DNA of 31,943 bases, from IMG/VR virus record IMGVR_UViG_3300038675_000236, positions 1 to 31,943 of that record; one strand, 5' to 3'. The notes beneath the pieces were generated by a model, which was given only the letters and a program-made list of their open reading frames with translations, did not search any database and had not been told where the DNA came from. The translations under genes and the position numbers were made by a program. The DNA comes from a virus. Its lineage: Duplodnaviria > Caudoviricetes. Below are positions 9,577 through 19,507 of the stretch, piece by piece. Position 1 is the stretch's first letter; every line of letters begins with the position of its first letter.

Positions 9577-10097
9577 ACTATTTGTTTTTGCCCTTTCCCA
9601 CTTTTTAACTCGTTTTTCATTATCTTTGTTATATCCGCGTTCTTATTGTTTACCGCTATCTCTAACCACTTTGGTCCTGATCCTTTTTTAGACCAATTTA
9701 TCTCACGTGGAGGATCTATTCCCATCTCATGAACCACCACGGCATAATTAGCAGTATGCCCCAAAATCACCATTGGATTTTTATTAGCCTTACACTTAGC
9801 TGTCATTTCTTCAATAATTTGGGTATGACGAGATGCCATTTCACCGGCTTTCTTTCCTGTAAAAACTGCAAGATCATTAGATTTAGCAGGCCCATTTATA
9901 TTAGTAATGAATAAACTAGCCTGCAAATTACCTAAATCGAAAGGAATATAGGGAAGTTCCTTCACTGCTTCTCTCTCTACTGTTTTAGCTACCCTAGTCA
10001 ATGCTCGAACCGCGCTACGTGTAGTCATATCTTTTTTATAATGCCCCAACTGAGCCACTATTTTCTTGCCGTTTGTTATTTTTATTAAAACTTTCAT
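9573..10097 (-). CDS. Neck / HK97 gp10-like tail completion protein, 174 aa
   Basis: PFDLGNLQAS and ANYAVVVHE...GPKWLE motifs; synteny; ATGA overlaps with both neighbours. Confidence 0.75.
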   Translation of the reverse strand: MKVLIKITNGKKIVAQLGHYKKDMTTRSAVRALTRVAKTVEREAVKELPYIPFDLGNLQASLFITNINGPAKSNDLAVFTGKKAGEMASRHTQIIEEMTAKCKANKNPMVILGHTANYAVVVHEMGIDPPREINWSKKGSGPKWLEIAVNNKNADITKIMKNELKSGKGQKQIV

Positions 10098-10495
10098 CGT
10101 ATAGATCGTCGTAAAAAATATTGTCGAACAAAAACGGTAGTTGATCGTACCATTGGAATTTTCTCTTTACTCGTTATTTCAAAACTATCTATTAACAACT
10201 CTGGTCTAGGATAATTTTCTCCAGTTTCTACCTCCAACTGTAATTTATCTAAATCTAATAAATTTCCCAACCATATAATTCCCTGAATATCTAAATCAAT
10301 AGGACTTAATATAGTAGCATCACTTCTTATCTCCTTCCCATAATTATCTGAATATACTTTAACCCCTTCCTCCCAACGTACTTTTACTTCTATTGGTTCG
10401 TCATAAGACATTCCTCCAAATCCATCCTTCACCGGATTTCCCCAGTATACAGCGGTTTGTACGCTAAATCTTCTAACAACTGAATCTATACGCAT
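10094..10495 (-). CDS. Head closure / head-tail joining protein, 133 aa
   Basis: QTAVYW...DGFGGMSYDEPIEVKVRWE pattern; position after the adaptor. Confidence 0.7.
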   Translation of the reverse strand: MRIDSVVRRFSVQTAVYWGNPVKDGFGGMSYDEPIEVKVRWEEGVKVYSDNYGKEIRSDATILSPIDLDIQGIIWLGNLLDLDKLQLEVETGENYPRPELLIDSFEITSKEKIPMVRSTTVFVRQYFLRRSIR

Positions 10496-10869
10496 TTGTC
10501 AAAACTTGTAATTGCCCTAATATAGGCTGTTTTAACTTCCCCACTTAAAACAGCCAACGTACCAGTAGAATCTAACATTAAAGCCATTTGCCCATATGTA
10601 GTAGATTTTAAACCTGCTCCAAATACATTTGCATAAGTAATAGAAGCACTACCTGCTGCTTCTTTAATAGATTGTCGTTCCCTTGTAGTAGCAATCATAT
10701 GAGCAGTTAACCACATTTCTATTTCTGCTAATATAGCATCACTTAATCCAACCTCATTCAACGCTTCCGTTACAAAAACATTAGCACTTGCTATATAACT
10801 TTCAATAACAGCATTAGATAATAATGTATTATCTAATATATTCTTTACTAAGTCTACGGTAGTTCTCAT
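10486..10869 (-). CDS. Head-tail adaptor/connector, 127 aa
   Basis: IEMWLTAHMI...GLKSTTYGQMALMLD motif typical of head-tail adaptors; first structural gene after the glycan island, with its start overlapping the sulfotransferase stop (ATGA). Confidence 0.75.
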   Translation of the reverse strand: MRTTVDLVKNILDNTLLSNAVIESYIASANVFVTEALNEVGLSDAILAEIEMWLTAHMIATTRERQSIKEAAGSASITYANVFGAGLKSTTYGQMALMLDSTGTLAVLSGEVKTAYIRAITSFDKCV

Positions 10870-11549
10870 GGCTTATGATTTTTAATCAATTTTTTTTCCA
10901 ACACCTCCATTATTCCAACATTCCATTTCAATCCTAACCAATTTAACATTTCATAGATTTGTCGAAAATCTCCTGTTAGTATTCGTTCCGGCCAAATTAC
11001 CTTACAATCTAATCCCTCTTCCAGCATACCTACAAACATTTTTTCATGCTCATGAACCCACCATAACCATCCATCTCTCTCGGTTTCTACCCCTATTAAC
11101 TGTTGAATAGTACGATCTTGATAAGCATCCATGTACCCAGTTTTAATACAAGAATCCACCACATCTCCCGTTCTCCTACGTACAATAATCCATTTAGCAT
11201 TAGGAAAAGAAAGAGACCAAAGTGGCCAAGTTTGAGCTATACGATTACTTTTATACATCCACGTCGTTTTACCATCATACCCATCCTTATATAAACTCCC
11301 TTCTACTTTTTTTGACCAATTCAAAGGAACTACTAATCTTTGTAAATCTGGTAAAGGATATTGTCCTCGTGGATCGGCTTTCATTTGAAAAAAGAAAGAA
11401 TCTAATAAATTCTTTATACCTATATTTTCATACATAGGAGAAGTTCTTCCTGTAAATACCCCACATAAACTAATGATTTGGGCAATAATAGAACTCCCAG
11501 ACCGTTCTACCCCAGTCACAAATACCGGATTATTTCCCTCTATACGCAT
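10866..11549 (-). CDS. Sulfotransferase-family protein (probable start MRIEG, 227 aa)
   Basis: N-terminal VFVTGVERSGSSIIA resembles the PAPS 5'-phosphosulfate-binding loop; FPNAKWIIVRR..DVVDS resembles the 3'-phosphate-binding motif. Start at 11549 preferred over 11570 because it minimises overlap. Confidence 0.75.
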   Translation of the reverse strand: MRIEGNNPVFVTGVERSGSSIIAQIISLCGVFTGRTSPMYENIGIKNLLDSFFFQMKADPRGQYPLPDLQRLVVPLNWSKKVEGSLYKDGYDGKTTWMYKSNRIAQTWPLWSLSFPNAKWIIVRRRTGDVVDSCIKTGYMDAYQDRTIQQLIGVETERDGWLWWVHEHEKMFVGMLEEGLDCKVIWPERILTGDFRQIYEMLNWLGLKWNVGIMEVLEKKLIKNHKP

Positions 11550-12223
11550 TGCACATACTCCTTTACCCAATTTACTGTCTTAGCCGCTTCAAATATACGA
11601 GGTTTACCATGAAAACAAATAACAGAAACCCCTTCCAACTTTTTATGAAGCCAACTATGATCTGCCCCTCGCATTTTAAAACTACAAATCTCATTCATTT
11701 CATTTTGCCAATATGTAATAGACTTTATAAAATTACTAATAAAATTTTGGTCTCCTCGATATATCCTCATAAATTTATTTGGATTTAAAATCCAAGTATC
11801 CCAAATAGCATTTATATTCTCCTCTCTCTTTGGGAAATACATTATTCCAGAAGCAAATCCTCCCCGTTTCCCAAAGTCCCATAACCCTACAAATCCTCGT
11901 CTTTCGCCTACTTGAAATAAAGAATGAAATCCTCCTACAACAGCCGTATCCAAATCTAAATACAAAAAAGGACGATATTTATCTAATTGGGGTGAAAAAA
12001 GATTCATCTTACTCCACCATCCTTTCCATTCTATATAAGGCATAGGAATTAATGTACAAAAACTTAATACCGTTTCCTTTTTGATTTTATCCCATACGCA
12101 AATCACCTGTAACTTATCGTTTCCATCCCAATGTTTATGTAAATGATAAGCCAATAATTCTACATCTCGAAAACTAAAATCGCCTCCAGAACGTAAAACC
12201 AATATCACAGTTTTCTTATTCAT
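11540..12223 (-). CDS. GT-A fold glycosyltransferase (GT8-like), 227 aa
   Basis: GWWSKMNLF, FLYLDLD (DxD), FASGIM, GDQNFI and VICFHGKPR motifs. Confidence 0.8.
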   Translation of the reverse strand: MNKKTVILVLRSGGDFSFRDVELLAYHLHKHWDGNDKLQVICVWDKIKKETVLSFCTLIPMPYIEWKGWWSKMNLFSPQLDKYRPFLYLDLDTAVVGGFHSLFQVGERRGFVGLWDFGKRGGFASGIMYFPKREENINAIWDTWILNPNKFMRIYRGDQNFISNFIKSITYWQNEMNEICSFKMRGADHSWLHKKLEGVSVICFHGKPRIFEAAKTVNWVKEYVQCV

Positions 12224-12229
12224 GCATAT

Positions 12230-13603
12230 TTATGTTGTTAAATGTTGCTCAACCACCCATTTTCCATAATCGTTTAAGTTTCCTTCGTATTGATTAGACT
12301 TCTGTTTAGAATGCCTTCGATAACAATACAATTCCTCATCACAAAATCCTAAACGAAATCCGGCACGAAAACAACGTAAATTAAATTCATACTCTTCGGC
12401 ATGATTTAAATGGGTATTAAATCCTCCTAATTTATCAAAAATACTTTTACGATACATTACCGTACCCCCGTGTAGAAGATTAATATGTAACATATCCTCA
12501 TAAGTAATTTCCTTCTTCAAAGCCTTCCTATGTGTGATTATCTTACTTTTTTCATTTATATCTACGGCATTCCCATGAATAAAATCAACCCTCTGCTCCT
12601 CTATTGCTCGAACAGAATTTAAAATAGATCCTACTGGAAGAGTATCATCCTCGTGTAAAAATCGAATATAATCTCCTGTAGCCCTAGATAAGGCTTGATT
12701 AAAGTTTTCTGCCCATCCGGCTTCCCCCTGATTTACTAATAACTCAACCCAAGGAGGAACGCTAAGAATAGCTTCATTCAACCATCCTCGATTCACTCGA
12801 TACGGAATAATTACAGTAACTTTTGGTCTAGCTTGGGAATAGCTATTCTCCTTATATATTGAATTTTCTTTTTGCGTTAATAAATCATATAACGTACAAT
12901 TCCTATCTAACCGTTGCTTATACCTAATTTCATTCAACTGCTCCGCCTTACTATGCCATTGATGAATTACAGAAACTTCCGTTATAATTTCTTTTTTTAA
13001 CCCAAGCCTACCTACTCGATCCACAAATTCAACATCATCCCTAGCTACCCCCATTGAATATCGTTCATCAAATCCACCTAATTTTAACATATTCTTACGA
13101 GTCAATGCTGCACAGAAATGAAAATAAACAGGGCGATATTTAGGATGATTATACCAACCTACTCCTCTAACAAAACATTGTTGAGGTAACTGATGAAAAG
13201 TTTTTATCTTCTGAAATAATTCTTCATCATTCATATTGGGAAGAGCATAGGTAGAAATACTTAAAAAATTCTTATCATTTATATGTTTTATAATATATTG
13301 AAGCACATCTCCTACATGTAAACATTCTGGATTTTGCAATACGATGATTTCTCCTTTAGCGCAAGAAATCCCTATATTATACGGAATACAAGGGTTTATC
13401 CACCACTTATCCTTTTTTTCTACTCGTATCAATCGCAAAAAAGGATATTCAACAACCAAATCCTCTAATCTTTCTCCTTCTTGACTAGCATCGTCTACAA
13501 TAATAATTTCAATATCTTTTATCGTGGAAGCTACAATCGAACGCAGTGTATTCAATAATTGATGACGTCGATTATAATAACTCATTACGATAGAAATTTT
13601 CAT
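12230..13603 (-). CDS. Two-domain GT2 glycosyltransferase, 457 aa
   Basis: Domain 1: ISIVMSYYNR...IIIVDDAS...GGFDERY..DDVEF. Domain 2: KVTVIIPY...ATGDYIRFLHEDD...GGFN...AEEYEF...YRRH. Confidence 0.9.
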   Translation of the reverse strand: MKISIVMSYYNRRHQLLNTLRSIVASTIKDIEIIIVDDASQEGERLEDLVVEYPFLRLIRVEKKDKWWINPCIPYNIGISCAKGEIIVLQNPECLHVGDVLQYIIKHINDKNFLSISTYALPNMNDEELFQKIKTFHQLPQQCFVRGVGWYNHPKYRPVYFHFCAALTRKNMLKLGGFDERYSMGVARDDVEFVDRVGRLGLKKEIITEVSVIHQWHSKAEQLNEIRYKQRLDRNCTLYDLLTQKENSIYKENSYSQARPKVTVIIPYRVNRGWLNEAILSVPPWVELLVNQGEAGWAENFNQALSRATGDYIRFLHEDDTLPVGSILNSVRAIEEQRVDFIHGNAVDINEKSKIITHRKALKKEITYEDMLHINLLHGGTVMYRKSIFDKLGGFNTHLNHAEEYEFNLRCFRAGFRLGFCDEELYCYRRHSKQKSNQYEGNLNDYGKWVVEQHLTT

Positions 13604-14610
13604 TGTAGAAATCCTCCTTCTTTCAATAAATTTTCCAAATACAAAACATCTTTCAAATTATTTAAAGAAGTTAAAGCTGGTATTTTAGGGGCATACTCTT
13701 GATATTCTGGAGAATCCCAAAAATGATAACGATCTCGTTGCATCTCTAATTGAGGATAGACCACATAATAATCTTCATTAACATAGTATGTTCTAGGTAT
13801 TTCTAAAGTAGAGAGAAGATTTTCATGCAATTTTTCTCCTTCTCGAATACCAATGGTTTTTATTTTACTATTACGATCCCCATAATAAGAAATCAATAAA
13901 TGGACTAGATCGACTATATGAAAACTAGGCATATTCATTACAAATAACTCTCCTCCATTCCCTTCTTTAACAGCAAAAAACAATAATCCAATCGCTGTTT
14001 TTAGAGTTAAAAAGAAACGAGTCATAAGCGGATCAGTCAAGGTAACTTCATTACGAGTCTGTAATTGTTCAATAATATGAGGGATCAAACTACCATTCGT
14101 CCCTAACACATTCCCTGCTCGTATACATATAAAATCAGTATGTTGAGTATGTCGATTAGCCTCGATGATTAATCTCTCACAAACTCCTTTCGTCATGCCG
14201 TAAAGATTAATTGGATCTACCGCTTTATCAGTAGATACATAAATCACCTTTTGAACTTTATATCGGGTAGCCTGTCGGATAATATTTTCCGTTCCTTTTA
14301 TATTTGTTTTTATAGCCTCCTTTGGATAATACTCACAAATAGGAACATGTTTCAATGCCGCCAAATGAAAAACATAATCTACTCCTCTTTGCATTACATC
14401 TTCCACGGCCTCCTCGTCTCGAACATCCCCTATAACAAATGACAGTTTAGGATCTAAAAAATGACGTTGCATTTGTACCTGAGCCGCTTCTCCACGAGAA
14501 AAAACAATAATTTGTTTTAGATCTGGAAATCGACTCAATAATTGAGTTGTTAATTCATTACCCCAACTACCTGTACCCCCAGTGATTAGGATGGTTTTAT
14601 TTTTAAACAT
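13600..14610 (-). CDS. UDP-GlcNAc 4,6-dehydratase (FnlA/CapE/WbjB/PseB-like, polysaccharide biosynthesis SDR), 336 aa
   Basis: ILITGGTGSWG, IGDVRD, FHLAALKHVPICE, STDKAVDPINLYGMTK, GNVLGTNGS, MTRFF and GIREGEKLHE motifs. Confidence 0.92.
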   Translation of the reverse strand: MFKNKTILITGGTGSWGNELTTQLLSRFPDLKQIIVFSRGEAAQVQMQRHFLDPKLSFVIGDVRDEEAVEDVMQRGVDYVFHLAALKHVPICEYYPKEAIKTNIKGTENIIRQATRYKVQKVIYVSTDKAVDPINLYGMTKGVCERLIIEANRHTQHTDFICIRAGNVLGTNGSLIPHIIEQLQTRNEVTLTDPLMTRFFLTLKTAIGLLFFAVKEGNGGELFVMNMPSFHIVDLVHLLISYYGDRNSKIKTIGIREGEKLHENLLSTLEIPRTYYVNEDYYVVYPQLEMQRDRYHFWDSPEYQEYAPKIPALTSLNNLKDVLYLENLLKEGGFLQ

Positions 14611-14644
14611 GGCTTCTATTATATTTTTAGATAAAGATACTTTT

Positions 14645-15292
14645 TTAATCCTCTATTTCATCATTTTTCTTTCGTATATGCAATACATGACACCCGGTCA
14701 CCTCGCCAATTAAACAAGAATTGCTTACTACTAAGGTAGATTGCCCACCTAGTTCCTCAACCAAAGAAGTCATAAACCGTACTGATCGTAAATAATTTCC
14801 AGCCGAATACTCATCCTTTCCCCATGCACCGGTATCCTCATGTACATTACCGGATACAAATTCAATGGCAAATACTCCTGTCTCTGGCTTTAACGATCGA
14901 ATTAAATGAGATAGTTCTTCTCGTAATACATCCGTTTTGACATGTTGAATTAAGTTATGGCATATAATAACATCGAAAAAATCCGTAGGCAATTCTACTA
15001 TATTTTCTAACAAATACCCTCTACGAGTATACGGGCTTACTTTTCTTAATGCTTCCTCTGTTATATCTAAAGCCCAAACCCCAGCAGTTACCATTTTTAA
15101 TTCCTGAGTCACATATCCTAATCCTACTCCTACTTCTAATACTCGTGCATCCTGCGTGATATATGGACTTAATTGCAAAAAACGTATAGTATCGCCATAC
15201 GTACATCCAGAAAGAGTGGGTTTATAATTTCGTAAATGCTGCTGTTCCCAAAATCGTTTTCTATGTTGTATTTCCTGTTTAATCACATCCAA
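14645..15292 (-). CDS. Class I SAM-dependent methyltransferase, 215 aa
   Basis: RVLEVGVGLG motif I, WALDIT motif, FFDVIICHNLIQH and LKPETGVFAI. Confidence 0.85.
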   Translation of the reverse strand: MDVIKQEIQHRKRFWEQQHLRNYKPTLSGCTYGDTIRFLQLSPYITQDARVLEVGVGLGYVTQELKMVTAGVWALDITEEALRKVSPYTRRGYLLENIVELPTDFFDVIICHNLIQHVKTDVLREELSHLIRSLKPETGVFAIEFVSGNVHEDTGAWGKDEYSAGNYLRSVRFMTSLVEELGGQSTLVVSNSCLIGEVTGCHVLHIRKKNDEIED

Positions 15293-16380
15293 CCCCCTTT
15301 CTCTTTTCTCCCTAATAATATACGAAGTACTGTTTCAGAAACATTTTTCTTAGAATATTCATCAGGAACTTGCCAACTCTGCTCCATTTCTAATATAGAT
15401 CCAAACGCCCGAACAATATCATCCCGGCGAGTCCCCGCTAATAAAACACCTCCATTTTCTAATAACTCTTGCCTCTCGGTACTATTCCTCAATACAATAC
15501 AAGGACGCCCTAAAATCGAAGTTTCTTCGGGTATAGTACCTGAATCCGTAAAAACAACTCGTGCATATTTTTCTAATTTACAAAAATCAAAAAACCCTAA
15601 TGGAGAGATTGTTTTTACTCCACGAGAAAATGAAAGATTATATTCTTTTAACTTTGATTTGGTATGAGGATGTATTGGATAAACAACCCTCATATATTCA
15701 GAAATTTTATTAATAGCAGATACAATATTAGATAACTCTATCCGATTCTCAATATTTTCAGCTCGATGAAGTGTTAAAAGAGAATATTCATTCGGAGCAA
15801 TATTCATACGATGTAATACATTGCTGCCGTCTATATCTTTCTCATACTGCATCAATACTTCTTGTATAGGATTTCCTGTTTTAAATACTTGATTCTTATG
15901 GTATCCCTCTCGTAATAAATTTTGTTTACTGTTTTCTGTATAAGGAAGATTGATAGTACTACTGGTATCAATTATACGCCGGTTTAATTCCTCTGGCACT
16001 CGATCATCATAACAACGATTTCCAGCCTCCATATGATAAATAGGAATACCCCTCTTTGCCGCCAATACAGATAATAACCCTGAATTAGTATCCCCTAAAA
16101 CCAATATTCTATCGGGCGATTCTATATCCAGTATTTTATTAAATTGCCGATATCCATTACTTAAAAAATCACCCAGTCCGTCTGCTTTGGTAAAATAATA
16201 ATTGGGTTTTCTTAATCGTAATTCTTCAAAAAATACGGTACTTAAAGCGGCGTCATAATTTTGATTAGAATAGACATGAATATGATTACATAATTTATCC
16301 AGTTTAGTAAGAATAACCGATAATCTAATTAACTCTGGTCTGGTACCAGTTAAGGTAAGAATTTTTAAATCACTAACCAT
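15283..16380 (-). CDS. wecB: Non-hydrolysing UDP-N-acetylhexosamine 2-epimerase (WecB family; FnlC/CapG/WbjD-like subtype), 365 aa
   Basis: GTRPELIRLS, LVLGDTNS, HMEAGNRCYDDRVPEELNRRIID, GNPI, LTLHRAEN, TDSGTIPEE and LRNSTERQE motifs. The symbol denotes the family only. Confidence 0.92.
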   Translation of the reverse strand: MVSDLKILTLTGTRPELIRLSVILTKLDKLCNHIHVYSNQNYDAALSTVFFEELRLRKPNYYFTKADGLGDFLSNGYRQFNKILDIESPDRILVLGDTNSGLLSVLAAKRGIPIYHMEAGNRCYDDRVPEELNRRIIDTSSTINLPYTENSKQNLLREGYHKNQVFKTGNPIQEVLMQYEKDIDGSNVLHRMNIAPNEYSLLTLHRAENIENRIELSNIVSAINKISEYMRVVYPIHPHTKSKLKEYNLSFSRGVKTISPLGFFDFCKLEKYARVVFTDSGTIPEETSILGRPCIVLRNSTERQELLENGGVLLAGTRRDDIVRAFGSILEMEQSWQVPDEYSKKNVSETVLRILLGRKEKGGWM

Positions 16381-17159
16381 CCTTTTTGTTCTTTAATTTG
16401 AATTTGTAAATCGGGAATTTCAAACAAATCGCATTCCCCATATAGGGTACTTAATGAACGATCACAATAAGGCTCATTTACCGATTCTACTTTTATATTC
16501 AACCCATACTCATCACTTACCATTTTTACCATATCAGCTTTCGATATTGTTTTAGGAGAGAAAATATGACGGACTCCTTTCCAATACATAGAATGTACTA
16601 TAATCATAGAAATTATTTTAGCCAATTGTAAACAAGTAACGCCATTCCAAAAACAATTTGAATAACCTCTCACCGTTTTTCCAGCATTACTACGAACCCA
16701 TTCCAAAAAATCAGCTTGGGATACCGGGTTTTCCCCTATAATTGAAGTCCTAATAATAGTTCCCTCCATTAAATCTCCCAATGCTTTAGAAATTCCATAC
16801 ACATCTTTAGAATCAGGTTGACAATCCTCCGTATATTGTCCCCGTGTACCAGTAAAAACACAATCTGTACTGACATGAATTAAATGAACATGATGATACA
16901 TACTCCATTTAGCCAATATTATAGGGAACCATCCATTAACTCGTTTAAAATCTTCTTCAGAAGCCACTCGCTTATTAGTCAACCCCATAGCGTTAATCAC
17001 CACATCTCCATTTCTTATTCCTAGCTTTTGTAAATCCTGTTTGATAGTCCAAAGGCTATTAGCATTTAACTCCTGTCGAGTAACTGGGATACTGTCTTTA
17101 AAAAATTGAGCTATGTACCGTCCCAACATTCCTGTACTTCCTAATACATAGATTTTCAT
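16365..17159 (-). CDS. RmlD-like NDP-4-keto-6-deoxyhexose reductase (probable start MKIYVLG, 264 aa)
   Basis: VLGSTGMLG, IHVSTDCVFTG, YGISKALG (YxxxK), IRTSIIGE and WNGVT motifs; ATG at 17159 overlaps the upstream TGA (ATGA). Confidence 0.88.
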   Translation of the reverse strand: MKIYVLGSTGMLGRYIAQFFKDSIPVTRQELNANSLWTIKQDLQKLGIRNGDVVINAMGLTNKRVASEEDFKRVNGWFPIILAKWSMYHHVHLIHVSTDCVFTGTRGQYTEDCQPDSKDVYGISKALGDLMEGTIIRTSIIGENPVSQADFLEWVRSNAGKTVRGYSNCFWNGVTCLQLAKIISMIIVHSMYWKGVRHIFSPKTISKADMVKMVSDEYGLNIKVESVNEPYCDRSLSTLYGECDLFEIPDLQIQIKEQKGWLVI

Positions 17160-17998
17160 AATAACCCCTTTTTTATTAAATTCAACAGTACTGTCATAGA
17201 ACAATCCTCCTTATATCCATTATGAATATAGGCTTTACTCAAAGAATGACCGTTAAACCAATGTACCGCCATAACTTCTTCATCTACATAAGACATATCT
17301 TTTTGTTTATACAGCAAGTCTAACGAAAAAATGGAATAAGGATAAAACGTTTTATATGGAAATCCAACCACGTCTTTATATTGCTTTTCTAGTGTCTCTA
17401 AATTAGGAAATATTCTAGTTAATAACGTAGGTCCAAATACTTGATGGGCTAATTTATGTTTCCAGCGAGCTTGATTTTGAATCCGGTTACATAGAGTAAT
17501 TAAATTCTGAAAAAATGGATTGCCTGCTTTTGCCATCATAACTCCAATACTATGAAATCCAGAAGTCCCATGAAATTGACATACGCTAAACCCCATATCT
17601 GATACTCGTACAGATCCAACGACAGGTATTTTATCTAAATACTCCATTGATTTTAACCATAATACATCAAAATCAGACCAAACCCCTCCTACGTTATACA
17701 ATAAATGATACCGTAAAATATCAGAACGTAAAATATTATGCAATTTTTCATCAATACCATACTTTTTTAAATCTTCATATATAATATTTACGTACTTTAA
17801 CTTCCGTATTTCGGGAAAGTAATCAACGCCTACATAATCAGGAATGTATTTAGCCGGGCTGTTTTCCTTTTGTAAAGGAATATGGACTTGAATTTCCCAA
17901 CCAGGATTTTTTCTATGGAAAGTCTCCACGGTCAGTGTCTGTAAATAAGACATTGGTCGCTCTTCCCAATATAAATGCAATATTTTAGGAAGTTTCAT
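17156..17998 (-). CDS. DxD-motif glycosyltransferase (GT32 / alpha-1,4-GT-like), 280 aa
   Basis: LPKILHLYW, RSDILRYHLLYNVGGVWSDFD, FGPTLLT, FYPY and AVHWF motifs. Confidence 0.87.
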   Translation of the reverse strand: MKLPKILHLYWEERPMSYLQTLTVETFHRKNPGWEIQVHIPLQKENSPAKYIPDYVGVDYFPEIRKLKYVNIIYEDLKKYGIDEKLHNILRSDILRYHLLYNVGGVWSDFDVLWLKSMEYLDKIPVVGSVRVSDMGFSVCQFHGTSGFHSIGVMMAKAGNPFFQNLITLCNRIQNQARWKHKLAHQVFGPTLLTRIFPNLETLEKQYKDVVGFPYKTFYPYSIFSLDLLYKQKDMSYVDEEVMAVHWFNGHSLSKAYIHNGYKEDCSMTVLLNLIKKGLL

Positions 17999-18000
17999 TT

Positions 18001-18807
18001 TTATTTCTCCACTTTACTTAAATCCCAGTACTTAGTTTTTTCATCTATTACGCCCCATGGTCGCCCTACATTGCGGACAAGTATTTTCTGTCTGGTTTTC
18101 CATAATGTATAATTATATATCCATTCTTTACTATTTTGCACTTTAGAAGAACAGCGAGGACCATGATATAAATGAATTACACGAGCATTTGATTTTACGT
18201 ATCTACACCCTCTATTTATTAACCTCTGAATTAAATCGTTATCTTCTCCTGCGTAACCTAAAAAATCTTCATCATACCCCCCAGTAGCCATTAACTGATC
18301 CTTCCATATCGCTAAAAAGAAAGGCATACGAACATGGTCTTTACGTTCTGGTAATCCTGGCAAATGAATTTTCTCACCCCGCCTTAATTGTACCACACCT
18401 ATTCCGTGAGTATCAAACATAATACAATTAGGAATACTCAATGTGGTCTTACTTAGAAGAACATTATTGATTACTAATTCTAGCGCATTATTTACATGAT
18501 ACATCTCTGGGCAAGTTAAAACTATTATCTCCCCAGAACTTTGCTGAATGGCAATATTATTAGGTACTGCTGGATTTCTTGGTATAAGTCGATCTTGATT
18601 ACGATGCCCAGAAAAAACATATTTAATATTTAATTCCTCCTTATACGCCTCGCATACTTCTTTAGTACCATCATCGTCTTGCCCATCGTTTACCACCACT
18701 ACCTCAAAAGAAAATGGAGGTTTATGTTGCGTTATAGAAGATAATCCCCAATTTAGTAAACTAGCTCGATTGAACGATGCCATTACTACACTTACCATAG
18801 GAATCAT
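18001..18807 (-). CDS. GT2-family glycosyltransferase with galactosyltransferase-like C-terminus, 268 aa
   Basis: VSVVMASFNR, EVVVVNDG, GGYDEDFLGYAGEDNDL and IHLYH motifs. Confidence 0.88.
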   Translation of the reverse strand: MIPMVSVVMASFNRASLLNWGLSSITQHKPPFSFEVVVVNDGQDDDGTKEVCEAYKEELNIKYVFSGHRNQDRLIPRNPAVPNNIAIQQSSGEIIVLTCPEMYHVNNALELVINNVLLSKTTLSIPNCIMFDTHGIGVVQLRRGEKIHLPGLPERKDHVRMPFFLAIWKDQLMATGGYDEDFLGYAGEDNDLIQRLINRGCRYVKSNARVIHLYHGPRCSSKVQNSKEWIYNYTLWKTRQKILVRNVGRPWGVIDEKTKYWDLSKVEK

Positions 18808-18808
18808 A

Positions 18809-19507
18809 TCATCCCCCCTTCTTAGTATTTCTTTCTAATTCAATATCCTTACATTTTTCTAACACCAACCCAGGTAATTTATTCTGTTCGCAAAACTCAA
18901 AAATAAAAGGTTGAATTTCTTTTCTTAACTGATCTTCCATTATCCCTAATCGTTGGCACAATAATAATCCAGTCCAAGAAGAAGGAGATTTTAGTATGTG
19001 TAAATCAAATCCGGTAATACCAGTTAAATCATAATCATATACCTCTACTCCATTAGGTTCACAATCATGAAAAATAATAGCATCCATCCCTCCACATAAA
19101 TAAGTTAATGCTAATTGACGAAATGCCGTAAAATTATCTATAAACAAAATCCGGTGTTCTGCGGATTCAAATTTTGCCTTTAAATTTTGATAATACTCGA
19201 TAACAGCGTTCCTTGTATCAATGGATAAATCCATAGGTAAAGTGCCTATACTTATTCCTGGGACTTCATGAAATAATACAGAATAAGAAGTTTTAAATTT
19301 ATATTTTTTTTGAACATAACGCATCCACTCCAAATCATTCTCTACGCAAATCAATTGTTTAGGAGAGTACTTTAAAAATAAAGGGGTGGAATAACACCCC
19401 ATACCTAACTCTACTACTAACTCAGGAGATAAAGCGGTCATTACCCAATGAATTAGAGGTTGATGAGTACGCCATGCCCAATATGATATATCATCAAAAT
19501 TATTCAT
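18809..19507 (-). CDS. SAM-dependent methyltransferase-like protein, 232 aa
   Basis: VVELGMGCYST motif I, ICVEND acidic motif, ILFID and IIFHD. Confidence 0.7.
   Translation of the reverse strand: MNNFDDISYWAWRTHQPLIHWVMTALSPELVVELGMGCYSTPLFLKYSPKQLICVENDLEWMRYVQKKYKFKTSYSVLFHEVPGISIGTLPMDLSIDTRNAVIEYYQNLKAKFESAEHRILFIDNFTAFRQLALTYLCGGMDAIIFHDCEPNGVEVYDYDLTGITGFDLHILKSPSSWTGLLLCQRLGIMEDQLRKEIQPFIFEFCEQNKLPGLVLEKCKDIELERNTKKGG

Noticed and set aside
13600-14610. Pseudaminic acid pathway (PseB)
   Set aside because: No aminotransferase, acetyltransferase, synthase or CMP-transferase nearby; the reductase and 2-epimerase partners fit the 2,6-dideoxy-L-HexNAc route better.
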